From Synechococcus elongatus PCC 6301 (lineage in GTDB: Bacteria; Cyanobacteriota; Cyanobacteriia; Synechococcales; Synechococcaceae), in the NCBI RefSeq assembly GCF_000010065.1, contig NC_006576.1, forward strand, positions 2,580,001 to 2,612,000: 32,000 bases of DNA, given 5' to 3'. This document shows, one piece after another, positions 20,411-29,272 of the stretch (positions are counted from its first letter, which is position 1; every line of letters begins with the position of its first letter). The notes below the pieces were generated by a model. The model saw only the letters and a list, made by a program, of their open reading frames with translations. It made no database searches and was not told the DNA's origin. Position numbers and translations under genes: made by a program.

Positions 20411-20860
20411 ATGTCTGCCTCCTCAACGCCCTCGGTCTCTATCCGCGATCGCTTGCAACAAGCGGGTTTGCGGGTAACGCCACAGCGATTTGCGGTCTAT
20501 GCAAACCTGCTGGGTCGCCATGACCATCCCACGGTCGAGACAATCCTGCAGGACATCAATCAAGAGTTGCCGATGGCGTCTAAGGCCGCTGTTTATGGCG
20601 CACTTTCGGTACTACGCGAAGTTGGCCTAATTCGGGAAGTGCTGCTCGATGAAGGGATTACCCGCTACGACGCGCGCACGGAGCCACACCATCACTGCCG
20701 CTGTGAGAGTTGTGGGGGGATTCAAGACTTGGACTGGACAGCGATCGCCCCGATTGATCTCAGTGCTGTGCCCGCAGGCTTTCGTCCCGATCGCTATGAG
20801 GTCACGATTTTAGGCCAATGTGCGGCTTGTGCTACATCCATTCGCAAGCCTAAAAACTAG
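20411..20860 (+). CDS. perR: Fur-family transcriptional regulator, PerR-like
   Basis: LRVTPQRFAVYANLLGRHDHPTVETI winged-helix; RYDARTEPHHHCRCESCG (Asp at the PerR-characteristic position) and CAAC; divergent to a peroxide-detoxification gene. Confidence 0.85.
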   Translation: MSASSTPSVSIRDRLQQAGLRVTPQRFAVYANLLGRHDHPTVETILQDINQELPMASKAAVYGALSVLREVGLIREVLLDEGITRYDARTEPHHHCRCESCGGIQDLDWTAIAPIDLSAVPAGFRPDRYEVTILGQCAACATSIRKPKN

Positions 20861-20862
20861 CC

Positions 20863-21783
20863 TTAGAGTTTTTCCAGGAATTTCGAGAGCGCCGCATCGT
20901 CGAGCCAGCCAGTATAGGCAGCGTAGCGACAGCAATCACGGCCCGTTGCAGGATCTGGGCTACTGACAAAAATATGTTGTACCCGCAGCGGATTCAGCCA
21001 GCGCCAAATTTTGACCCCGTCGGGTTGGCTCTTCAGCACCGCTGCCTTAGCAAAGTTCCGGTGGTTGCACTCGGTGAGATTAAGGCTGCGGAGTTGAGCG
21101 ATGAGGGTACCAGCGCGATCGCGAGGACGGGGCGCAATCGAGGGCTGTTTCCAGAATTGAGCGATCGCATCAGCGACTTGAGGATGGGATTTCAGGCGCG
21201 CGTGGGAAATATCTTTCAGCGTAACCAGCGTGGCTCGCTCAAACTCTGAACCGTTGACTGGCACGAGGCCATCACTATAGTCGCCTAGGTCACTGACGAT
21301 TGAAGCCGTGGGGATTTGAGCCGCGATCGCTTCAGCCAAAGGACGACGGTTTCGCCCTAAATCCTTGGCAATACTCGGCAATCGACCGAAGGGGTCGAGC
21401 AATCGACAGACATCTGAACCACTGACTGGCGACCCAACTAGCACCAAGCTATGGGTGCGGTCCCACCACTCACGATGACGGCTGAGGACTTCCAGCCAAA
21501 TCAACCCACCCATGGAATGCCCTAGGAAACGCAGGGGCCGATCCGGATATTGCGCGATCGCCTCGAGAACGACTGCTTCCACACTCTGGATCAGAGGTTC
21601 GATCGCAATCCAAGTGCGGAATCGCCCTAAATTCGGCGCGTAGACCTGCGAGTACTGCGGCGCGATGCTCTGGGCCATCTGCTGAATGGGGTACGAGCGA
21701 TCGTCCCAGCCATGTTGGGCAAAGAGGAGAAAAGGGGTCTCACGATCGGGGTGATCCACGGTGGTCGTCCGAGCCTGATCCAT
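20863..21783 (-). CDS. Alpha/beta hydrolase-fold protein with C-terminal extension
   Basis: LLFAQHGWDDRSY, LRFLGHSMGGLIWLEVL nucleophile elbow GHSMGG; VLVGSPVSGSDV. Confidence 0.8.
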   Translation of the reverse strand: MDQARTTTVDHPDRETPFLLFAQHGWDDRSYPIQQMAQSIAPQYSQVYAPNLGRFRTWIAIEPLIQSVEAVVLEAIAQYPDRPLRFLGHSMGGLIWLEVLSRHREWWDRTHSLVLVGSPVSGSDVCRLLDPFGRLPSIAKDLGRNRRPLAEAIAAQIPTASIVSDLGDYSDGLVPVNGSEFERATLVTLKDISHARLKSHPQVADAIAQFWKQPSIAPRPRDRAGTLIAQLRSLNLTECNHRNFAKAAVLKSQPDGVKIWRWLNPLRVQHIFVSSPDPATGRDCCRYAAYTGWLDDAALSKFLEKL

Positions 21784-21895
21784 CGTAGGGTCGATGGGGA
21801 GAACGATCCCACTCTAACGATCGCGATCGGCTCTCTGAGAACGTTGCAAATGCGATCCGCTTCGGAAGCTTCTTATCTATTCAGGAATCATTGAA

Positions 21896-21926
21896 AAGAT
21901 GTTGAGCGATTGCCGCTCAACATCTT
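21896..21926 (-). terminator. Stem-loop terminator
   Basis: AAGATGTTGAGCG-ATTGC-CGCTCAACATCTT: perfect 13 bp stem, followed on minus strand by TT (AUCUUUUC). Confidence 0.75.
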
Positions 21927-21978
21927 CCTTCTTCGCTCCCAAGAGTTGGAGGGTGAATCAGCGATCGCCAGTTCAGGC

Positions 21979-22701
21979 TTAGAAGCTAGCAAAAGCGACT
22001 TGGCAGGCAGAATTCATCAATTCAGCATCAGCAGGAGTTGAAGGGGGCTGCCCATTCAGGAAGCCCTGCTGGCAATCGGCTACTGCTTGATAGGTTTGTC
22101 CTTGGTAGCCAAAGGCAAATTTGACTTGACTGCTATTGATAGGAGCAACCGTTCCGTAATAAAGCGTGTAAGCACTGTTGGGCACTGAAACGTAGGTCAC
22201 GTTGCTGCTGATCGCATTGTCTATCGAGCTGCCAATAATCGCAGCACTCGTGAGAGTTGTGACCCCCCAAACAGCAGCGTTAGCCCCCCACCAACCCCAA
22301 GGTGGACTGCTCCAACCACCGTACCAACCGTAGCCGCCCCAGGGCCGTGCAGCGACCCAATTGTTGTTTACCCAGGCTGGACGAGTATTGATGTTATTGA
22401 TATTAACTGGGCGATTATTAATAATGACGTTTCCAGAATTAATCGGTCGGTTGTAGACTGGCTGATTAATCACAGGACGATCGAAATTATCGCGTTGCCA
22501 ATTGGGCTGATCTACCGGTCTATCAAAGTTATCGCGTTGCCAGTTCGGTTGTTCGACTGGACGATCTGGAAAGTCAGCGGGGCGATCGATCGGCCGACTA
22601 AAGTCTGGTCGCCCCCAACCCCCAGGTCTGGCTTGGAGAGGTAGAGCCAGACCAGTATTCACCATTAGTGCCAGACCAAAGCATGCCAGAGCCGTTTTCA
22701 T
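21979..22701 (-). CDS. Secreted hypothetical protein with Asn/Pro/Arg-rich repeats
   Basis: Signal peptide MKTALACFGLALMVNTGLALPLQA, repeat DRPV(E/D)QPNWQRDNF, glycine/tryptophan-rich hydrophobic segment, C-terminal VADCQQGFL...ACQVAFASF. Confidence 0.7.
   Translation of the reverse strand: MKTALACFGLALMVNTGLALPLQARPGGWGRPDFSRPIDRPADFPDRPVEQPNWQRDNFDRPVDQPNWQRDNFDRPVINQPVYNRPINSGNVIINNRPVNINNINTRPAWVNNNWVAARPWGGYGWYGGWSSPPWGWWGANAAVWGVTTLTSAAIIGSSIDNAISSNVTYVSVPNSAYTLYYGTVAPINSSQVKFAFGYQGQTYQAVADCQQGFLNGQPPSTPADAELMNSACQVAFASF
22462..22566 (-). repeat. Tandem in-frame 42 nt repeat (two full copies plus a partial third)
   Basis: Encodes DRPVEQPNWQRDNF / DRPVDQPNWQRDNF / DRPVINQ. Confidence 0.75.
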
Positions 22702-22973
22702 TGTTGCTGCCTGTTTGAGTTCAACTGGCTGGCCGGGCCAACAGACCTAATACTCTGCTCACCCCTCTGAACTCACTCTAATTTCTGCACTCTCGGAAGA
22801 AGCAGTCCGTTACGAGTTCTTTAACTTGGCCGTGGGGGATTCACAGCTTTAGTAATAACAATTTGTTAAAAACAACTGGCGACAATCTGTGTAATTACAG
22901 TTTTCAGTAAAAAGATGCTATGAAGCTGAGGGGTGCGATTGCGGTCTTCCCTGCTTGTCGACCGGTAATGGGA

Positions 22974-23726
22974 TCAACTATCTGAGTGAGTCAGTTCTAA
23001 GGCTGTACAGGCAACCAGAGCTGCGGCTTGCTGGGCTGCTTTGATCGATCGCCCGACCCCGCTGCCCAACTTCTCGCCACGAAACCAGACCTCAGCAGCA
23101 AAAGCTGCTGGATCGCCACAGGCGTCACTGCGCTGCTCAGTACGGTATTCCGGAAGTTCTTGATAGCGCTGTAAGGTCCACTCTTGGAGAGCTGCTTTAT
23201 AGTTGCCCCGCGTTGGATCTTGGAGCATGGCCGTGGCCCGTTGCTGCAAGTGCGGATCGAGCCAAGAGCGAATTGGGTCAAGATTGCGCTGACTGAGGTA
23301 CAGCGCCCCGAGCAGAGCTTCAAAGGCTTCCGCTAAGCGGCTTTGCTGACCCGCGCGATCGTTGGCTGCCGTCTTACCCACGCGTAGGACACGCTCCAGG
23401 TTATAGCTAGCTGCGATCGCGGCGAGGGTGCGATCGCTCCCAAGTTCTGAACGCAGGGCAGAACAATCGCCCACGGATAAGTCGGGATAGTGACGATCGA
23501 GGAAGTCAGCGATCGCTAAGCGCAGCACAGCATCCCCCAAAAACTCCAAGCGATCGTAGTGGTCCTCAGCGGCGCTGGGATGGGTCAACGCCCGATCGAT
23601 TTGCTGCCAATCCAGCTCTGGCGCGATCGTCAGAGGCAATTTAGTTAGCAACCGCTGCAGTTGCTTGAGGCGCTGCGGTTCGACTGCGATCGCTGAATGG
23701 GAATGAGAAACTGTCACAACCGACAA
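22974..23726 (-). CDS. rnc: Ribonuclease III
   Basis: DRLEFLGDAVLRLAIADFL signature, ALTHPSAAEDHYDRLEFLGD, FEALLGALYLS, C-terminal dsRBD (GSGVGRSIKAAQQAAALVA). Start is TTG 23726 or GTG 23717; no ATG nearby. Confidence 0.92.
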   Translation of the reverse strand: MSVVTVSHSHSAIAVEPQRLKQLQRLLTKLPLTIAPELDWQQIDRALTHPSAAEDHYDRLEFLGDAVLRLAIADFLDRHYPDLSVGDCSALRSELGSDRTLAAIAASYNLERVLRVGKTAANDRAGQQSRLAEAFEALLGALYLSQRNLDPIRSWLDPHLQQRATAMLQDPTRGNYKAALQEWTLQRYQELPEYRTEQRSDACGDPAAFAAEVWFRGEKLGSGVGRSIKAAQQAAALVACTALELTHSDS

Positions 23727-23735
23727 GGAATAAAG

Positions 23736-24119
23736 TAGGGAAAGCAGGACATAAGCCGGGTTCTGTTCTCTGTCGAAGACAGAGGGCAGTTATCTCTCTG
23801 GGATGGCTATTACTAGCCACCTCTAGCGGTCCATAAACGGAACAGGTAAAAGACCAACCGTTGTCCCTCCACCTTGCTCCCAACCGGGGTTTACCGAGCC
23901 AACACCTCTCGATGTTGCTGGTGCGCTCTTACCGCACCCTTGCACCCTTACCTGTGCCTGCAAGCAGGCCATCGGCGGTATGTTTCTGTGGCACTCTCCT
24001 CACGGTCACCCGCACTGGGCGTTACCCAGCAAGTCTGGTCTTTTGGGAGCCCGGACTTTCCTCAGCCCATAACCGAAGCCTGAGCCGCAACTGCCTCGCC
24101 TCCTTTCCCCGCTTCTAGT
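23736..24119 (-). ncRNA. rnpB: RNase P RNA, bacterial type A (ends approximate)
   Basis: Minus strand contains GAGGAAAGTCCGGGCTCC (P4 5' region), GAGGAGAGTGCCACAGAAACATACCGCC, GGTAAGGGTGCAAGGGTG, GGTAAACCCC and 3' ACAGAACCCGGCTTATG; outer helix P1 GGGAAAGGAGG/CCTGCTTTCCC. Confidence 0.95.
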
Positions 24120-24231
24120 GTGCGAGTTTGTGCCGGAGCTTCTGGAGCATTCGGCTAGCTGGAACGGCTGAACGGGTTTGTTCCTTTGACCTGGGCACAG
24201 AGATTTACCTCAGTCATTCTTGATCTCGAGG

Positions 24232-25080
24232 CTACGATCGCTGCCGTTGGTAAATCACCAAGAGGATGATAGTCAGCAGCAGGTAACTCAGAATGCCGAT
24301 AGTCACGGAAGGTAGGTCTGGGCGCGAATCTTGGTGGGTTAGCAGCAGAGCGAGTCCTGGATTACGCATGGCGGTGACGATGGCGACGGTCGTTTGCTGA
24401 GTTGTCTCACGACCGGCAAGAACCTGACCCAGCCCTAGCGACAGACCGATCAGGGCCAACATGCCTACAAAAGCAATGCCGTTGTTGACCAGAAATTTCC
24501 AGATTAGCGGGGCAGTCTTGACTAGAATTAGCAAGCTGAGGATGACCAAGATTAGTTGGGCGATCGCCACCACCCGAGGCTGCCAGCGCGTGGCGGTGGT
24601 TGGTGACAGGGAACGCCACAGCATCCCAGCCAAAACGGGCAACACCTGAACACCAAAGACCTGTCCTGCCACCGTTAGAGCCGATAGAGTCCAGATGCTG
24701 GCTCCAAAAGCTGCCGTGAAACCGTAGACAAAAATCGGGACTGTGACGATTGCAAGGATCGCGGCACCTAGTTGAATCCGAATAGCCAGCAAATGCTCTC
24801 CGCCGGCTTGAGCTGCCCGCTGTTGAGCGAGGGGCGCACTAGGACAGACCAACATCAACGCGATCGCTGCGATTGCAGTCCGCTCAACAAAAGGCAGGAG
24901 TATCGCGAGGAGTCCAGCCCCCAGCAAGGGCAGCAGCACCGTTGTCCCCAACAGCGATCGCAGTACGAGAGCACGTTGGGTCTGGAGGCGGATCAAGGCA
25001 GAGAAGGATATCTGCGAGCCCAAGCCCACCATCATCGTGATCACCGAGGCCGAGATCAAGACTGGAATGATTGAATCCAC
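24232..25080 (-). CDS. Bile acid:sodium symporter (BASS)-like family transporter
   Basis: 282 aa, polytopic; MVGLGSQISFSAL, RTAIAAIALMLVCPSAPLAQQRA, TAMRNPGLALLL motif. Confidence 0.7.
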   Translation of the reverse strand: MDSIIPVLISASVITMMVGLGSQISFSALIRLQTQRALVLRSLLGTTVLLPLLGAGLLAILLPFVERTAIAAIALMLVCPSAPLAQQRAAQAGGEHLLAIRIQLGAAILAIVTVPIFVYGFTAAFGASIWTLSALTVAGQVFGVQVLPVLAGMLWRSLSPTTATRWQPRVVAIAQLILVILSLLILVKTAPLIWKFLVNNGIAFVGMLALIGLSLGLGQVLAGRETTQQTTVAIVTAMRNPGLALLLTHQDSRPDLPSVTIGILSYLLLTIILLVIYQRQRS

Positions 25081-25175
25081 GGCCTTCCTTTGGGCGATCG
25101 CCCGTATCCAGCTGGTATTAAGGGGTCAGTGGTGGGGCTGTTGCCCAGACCTACCTTTGATCTTGGCAGTCCTGA

Positions 25176-26696
25176 TCACTCGGCAGCAACTAATAACCGT
25201 GCTGCAAAATCATTGCGACCCCGTTCTTTGACGCGGCGCACTGCTTGATTGGCCACTCGGAATAATTGCTCGGGTGTGTGTTGGGGCTGCGGAATCACTG
25301 TGGCAATGCCATAGCTGAGAGTTGGCAAGACTGGTAAGTCTGCCTCGCTATTGGCCAAGCGCTCTTGGAGCTTAGCCACAACAGCGATCGCTCCAGAAGA
25401 ATCCGTACTAGGGAGCAGCAAGACGAACTCTTCACCGCCGAAGCGAGCAACAAAATCTTGATTCTGGCGGATGCCAGTTTTGAGAGTTTGGGCAACATGT
25501 TTTAGACAGCGATCACCCTGTTCATAGCCAAAGCGATCGTTGACAGTTTTGAACAAATCGATGTCTGCCACAATCAGCGAAAGTGACTGTTGCTGGAGTA
25601 ATGCCGTTTGCCAGAGTTCGGCAAAGGTTTCATCAAACGCCCGACGATTAGGAATTTGAGTCAGTGTGTCGGTGTAGGCCAGCTTATGCAGCTCAACATT
25701 GACGGCTTGAACGGACCGATAGAGCTGGGCTTGTTCAATCGCGAGCCCCAACTGAACCGCAACCGATTCCAAGAGATCAATCTCATCACGATTCCAGTGA
25801 TGATGGCTGCTGTAGTGAGCCAAGCTGATTAAGCCATTCGGGCGATCTTGGGCGGAGGTTCGCACCAGTAGCAGTGATTGGGGAGGCTCTACAGTCGGAA
25901 TCACCTCGGACTGATATTGGTCAAAAGTGATCGCATTGTCTTGTTGTAAAGCCTGCTGGACTAACGCATCGGGTAACTGCCATTGGATGGAACGATGGAT
26001 TTGCTCGGGCCGCACGTAATGCGACATCGAACAGATGGTTGAAGCATCCGTACAAGTGCTGATTGAGCAGTGATCAATTTCTAGGGTTTCACCCAATTCC
26101 TGCGCAGCAAGTTGGCAAATTTGATCGAGATCCAAACTGCTTCGCACCAAATTGCCCAGCCGCCGCTTAAAGCGTGCCAGGCTCCAGCGATGCTCCGCTT
26201 GATAGAGCGATCGCCGCAATTCCAGCTCACGAATCACCTGGCGGCTGAGGATTCTGAGGGCTTGCTGTTGCAGGTCATTCAGATGACGGGGTTTGCGGTC
26301 AATGACACAGAGGGTCCCGAGAATTTGTTCGTCATCCGTAATCAAAGGAGACCCCGCATAGAAGCGAATATGTGGCTCCTGGGTTACGAAGGGATTGTCG
26401 ACAAAGCGAGGATCAGCCTTGGCGTCTTCCACGATGAATAAATCTTCTTGCTGAATCGCGTGGCCACAAAATGATGTGGAGCGCGGGCTGGAGTCATCCT
26501 CGAGGCCAACTCTGGATTTAAACCATTGGCGATCGCGATCAATCAAGCTGATCAAAGCGATCGGTACCTCACAAATCGCCGCAATCAACTGCGTCAGGTC
26601 ATCAAAATGTTGCTCGGGCGGCGTATCAAGGATGCCATAGCGATAGAGCGCTGCCAGACGCTGCTCTTCAAAACGGGTAGGAATACACTGCAGCAT
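25176..26696 (-). CDS. Sensor diguanylate cyclase with two GAF-like domains
   Basis: N-terminal GAF (ALYRYGILDTPPEQHFDDLTQLIA...FYAGSPLITDDEQILGTLCVID), second GAF-like region, GGDEF domain with RFGGEEFVLLLP. Confidence 0.9.
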   Translation of the reverse strand: MLQCIPTRFEEQRLAALYRYGILDTPPEQHFDDLTQLIAAICEVPIALISLIDRDRQWFKSRVGLEDDSSPRSTSFCGHAIQQEDLFIVEDAKADPRFVDNPFVTQEPHIRFYAGSPLITDDEQILGTLCVIDRKPRHLNDLQQQALRILSRQVIRELELRRSLYQAEHRWSLARFKRRLGNLVRSSLDLDQICQLAAQELGETLEIDHCSISTCTDASTICSMSHYVRPEQIHRSIQWQLPDALVQQALQQDNAITFDQYQSEVIPTVEPPQSLLLVRTSAQDRPNGLISLAHYSSHHHWNRDEIDLLESVAVQLGLAIEQAQLYRSVQAVNVELHKLAYTDTLTQIPNRRAFDETFAELWQTALLQQQSLSLIVADIDLFKTVNDRFGYEQGDRCLKHVAQTLKTGIRQNQDFVARFGGEEFVLLLPSTDSSGAIAVVAKLQERLANSEADLPVLPTLSYGIATVIPQPQHTPEQLFRVANQAVRRVKERGRNDFAARLLVAAE

Positions 26697-26798
26697 GGGA
26701 ATCGTTTACCAATCGCTAGTGGCAGGAGTCGTCATCGTTCAAGAGCGAGCAGGAGTCTATGGGTTTACTTGAAAACTCAAGCTGATTTCAACATAACC

Positions 26799-27869
26799 TT
26801 ACCGTCTGTTTGAGGGAGAGATGCTCTTATTGGATTGAAACTGTTCAATTAATAAAAGGCGCACATCTAAACTGACGGGGCTCCGTAAGCGAGTCTCCAT
26901 CTGCTGGCGGATGTCATCCACTAAATTTGCTGAGATCACATCAGGTGGCGCCTCTAATGCAATTTCAAGATGGGTAGTCTGCCCTTGCAACTGGACTCGG
27001 ATGTCCCGGAGGCGGACGCCTGTCACAGCGCTATAACGACTGCGCAAAACATCTTCTGCAACCGTCACTACTTGGGCCCGGCGAACAGCTGCTTGCAGTG
27101 AAAGGCCCAAGGGAATAGTCAGGGTGAACATCGCAAGCACTGCAGCCATCAAACCCTGCCGAGCGCGGGTAAAGGTGCCGTAGTTCTGCCAGAGAAAAAC
27201 CCCACTGCTTGCCAAAATAATCCCTACCAAGTTGGTGAGGAATAACAGGAAGGAGCCGCCGGCAATGGGGAGAGAACCAAGGGCCAAACCTAACCCCACC
27301 ACGCTCAGCGGCGGTACCAAGGCCACCGCGATCGCGACTCCAGGCAGTGTATTGGCAATATCGCGCCGACATTGGGCAAGGGCACCAGTCGCTCCCGCTG
27401 CCAAAGCAACCCCCAAGTCCAGCAACGTGGGCTGGGTGCGACCCATGATTTCAGAGCCTGGATCGATACTGCCTAAGATGCCGCCGATGATGACGGCAAC
27501 CGTCACAGTGAGTAGAGCACCTGTGCTCAAAGCGAGGAGCGATCGCTTGAGCAAGCGTCGGTTCCCTGCCACGATCGCATAGCCGATCGCCAAAATGGGA
27601 CCCATTAGTGGCGCAACAATCATCGCCCCAATAATCGTCGCCGCACTGTTTGCTAAGAGGCCAAAACTGGCGATTGAACCCGACAAGAGCAGCAACAGAT
27701 AGTAGTCGGAAGTTGGCTCAGCAATTTTCCAAAGACTGCGGTTCAAGACGGGGAGACTGACGGGCCTGCCACCTATCCACTTCCAGCGGCCACTATTACG
27801 TTGGACAGCATCCTGAACTCGTCGACGCTGCCGAATCAATTGCCGCCGGGCACCAAAGGACAGCTTCAT
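26799..27869 (-). CDS. DUF389 (TIGR00341-like) membrane protein
   Basis: SIASFGLLANSAATIIGAMIVAPLMGPILAIGYAI, LGVALAAGATGALAQ, TLPGVAIAVALVPPLSVVGLGLA. Confidence 0.85.
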   Translation of the reverse strand: MKLSFGARRQLIRQRRRVQDAVQRNSGRWKWIGGRPVSLPVLNRSLWKIAEPTSDYYLLLLLSGSIASFGLLANSAATIIGAMIVAPLMGPILAIGYAIVAGNRRLLKRSLLALSTGALLTVTVAVIIGGILGSIDPGSEIMGRTQPTLLDLGVALAAGATGALAQCRRDIANTLPGVAIAVALVPPLSVVGLGLALGSLPIAGGSFLLFLTNLVGIILASSGVFLWQNYGTFTRARQGLMAAVLAMFTLTIPLGLSLQAAVRRAQVVTVAEDVLRSRYSAVTGVRLRDIRVQLQGQTTHLEIALEAPPDVISANLVDDIRQQMETRLRSPVSLDVRLLLIEQFQSNKSISPSNRR

Positions 27870-27883
27870 ACTGAAAATAGAAT

Positions 27884-28384
27884 TTAGGGAAGAACCTCAA
27901 GGCTGGCCGCTAAGCCTAGGCTGCTGAGCGATTGTAGAAGCTGATCGGCCCGCTGACGATCGCGAAAAATACCAGCTTGCATTCGACCCCGACTATCGGC
28001 AAAGGCATCGGGTACTAAGCTGATCAGGCTTTGTTGTTCTGCACTGTTGTGGACTTGGACAAGGAGGCGATAGCGCGGCCCGGAGGGTTCTGCAAGGGCT
28101 TGAGGTGGTGGCGGTGGATTGCCACTGCTTGGATCAAAGGAGCGATCGCTCAGTAAGAGCCGTGGAACGCCTGGATCCTCGGGACGGCTGGTGGGAATGG
28201 GGGCATTGGGGACCGCCAAACGATCGCTGGAGATCACAGGTGTTGCGATCGGTGGTGCGGCTTCTAGTGGTTGAAGAACACGACTGGGGGGTGGTTGGTC
28301 TAGCCACGCTGTGTTGGACTGCGCCCAGCTTGGAGCTGGCAAGCCTAGCAAAGCGATCGGTAGTAACCAACCCGATATCCGCAT
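27884..28384 (-). CDS. Secreted hypothetical protein, SPOR-like C-terminus
   Basis: Signal peptide MRISGWLLPIALLGLPAPSWAQ; C-terminal YRLLVQVHNSAEQQSLISLVPDAFADSRGRMQAGIFRDRQRADQLLQSLSSLGLAASLEVL. Confidence 0.65.
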   Translation of the reverse strand: MRISGWLLPIALLGLPAPSWAQSNTAWLDQPPPSRVLQPLEAAPPIATPVISSDRLAVPNAPIPTSRPEDPGVPRLLLSDRSFDPSSGNPPPPPQALAEPSGPRYRLLVQVHNSAEQQSLISLVPDAFADSRGRMQAGIFRDRQRADQLLQSLSSLGLAASLEVLP

Positions 28385-28634
28385 CGATCCACTTATGAGG
28401 GCACTTTAAGCTATCGCATTCTGCAGACGAGACAAGCAGCACAGGGGTTCCACTCTGCAACCTGTAAAGTAAGGGTCGAGCGATCGCTAGATGAATTCAT
28501 TTAAATATTGCTGAGTGAGCTCCGAGTCGCTTTCAGGGGAGATTGTCGATGTCGAATAGAAGAGGGCAAGCACTACGGCCAGCGGTGGGCGATCGCAGTC
28601 CCTCCTTTGCTGAAAATTATTCGTTTCTCAGGGA

Positions 28635-29186
28635 TTAAGACTGGCGCCGCCAATGTTCCAGTTGCCGCCGCACCCGATCATCCAAGCGGCTTCCGAGGGT
28701 TTTAGGTTGGTGTTTGCGCCGTTGCTGGGCTTGCCACTGGCGAACTTTTTGAATTGAAGCTTCGACATCGAGAGCCAGTCGATGGGTCGACATCCACTCG
28801 GCACCAAAGCCAATCACTGTCAGTTGCTGGGCGCGATCGCTGGTGGCAACAATGACCCGCTGACGGGCAGTCCGCAAGGCGTCACGGTGACTCGCACAGG
28901 TCATTTCTATATAAGTATCAGCCGTCTGCTCTGAGTCTGTGTAGCTGACGACGAGCTGCTCAGTCACTTGCTCCTGTTGACCTGGGGTTGCTCGATATTG
29001 AGCATCAAAAACAACATTGGTCAGATAGCCTTGGTAGGCACTGTAATTACTCAGCAACTCAACCAGTTCTGTGCGAGCTGCTTCCAAGCCATGGCGATCG
29101 CGCAGTTGCTGTAAGTGTTGCCAAGCACCAATGACGTTGTAGCCATCGACAAGCAGCAGAGCAGACATGATCTGGAGGAGTGGCAC
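28635..29186 (-). CDS. NYN domain protein, YacP-like predicted nuclease
   Basis: LLVDGYNVIGAW, TNVVFDAQYR, VVSYTDSEQTADTYIE, RVIVATSDRAQQLTVIGFGA. Confidence 0.87.
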   Translation of the reverse strand: MPLLQIMSALLLVDGYNVIGAWQHLQQLRDRHGLEAARTELVELLSNYSAYQGYLTNVVFDAQYRATPGQQEQVTEQLVVSYTDSEQTADTYIEMTCASHRDALRTARQRVIVATSDRAQQLTVIGFGAEWMSTHRLALDVEASIQKVRQWQAQQRRKHQPKTLGSRLDDRVRRQLEHWRRQS

Positions 29187-29272
29187 TTACTTCGTTAGTG
29201 TGACACTTCCGTCACAATCCTCTGCGGTTGATCCTGCCGGTTTCGCTCGCTACATGAGCTAAAGATCCAGAC

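Noticed and set aside
23641-24118. ORFs 23641..23883, 23861..24118 and 23874..24083 on the plus strand
   Set aside because: These are antisense to the RNase P RNA, whose conserved sequence explains the region.
25037-25231. Plus-strand ORF 25037..25231 in the gap between the transporter and GGDEF genes
   Set aside because: Mostly intergenic/antisense, composition not protein-like.
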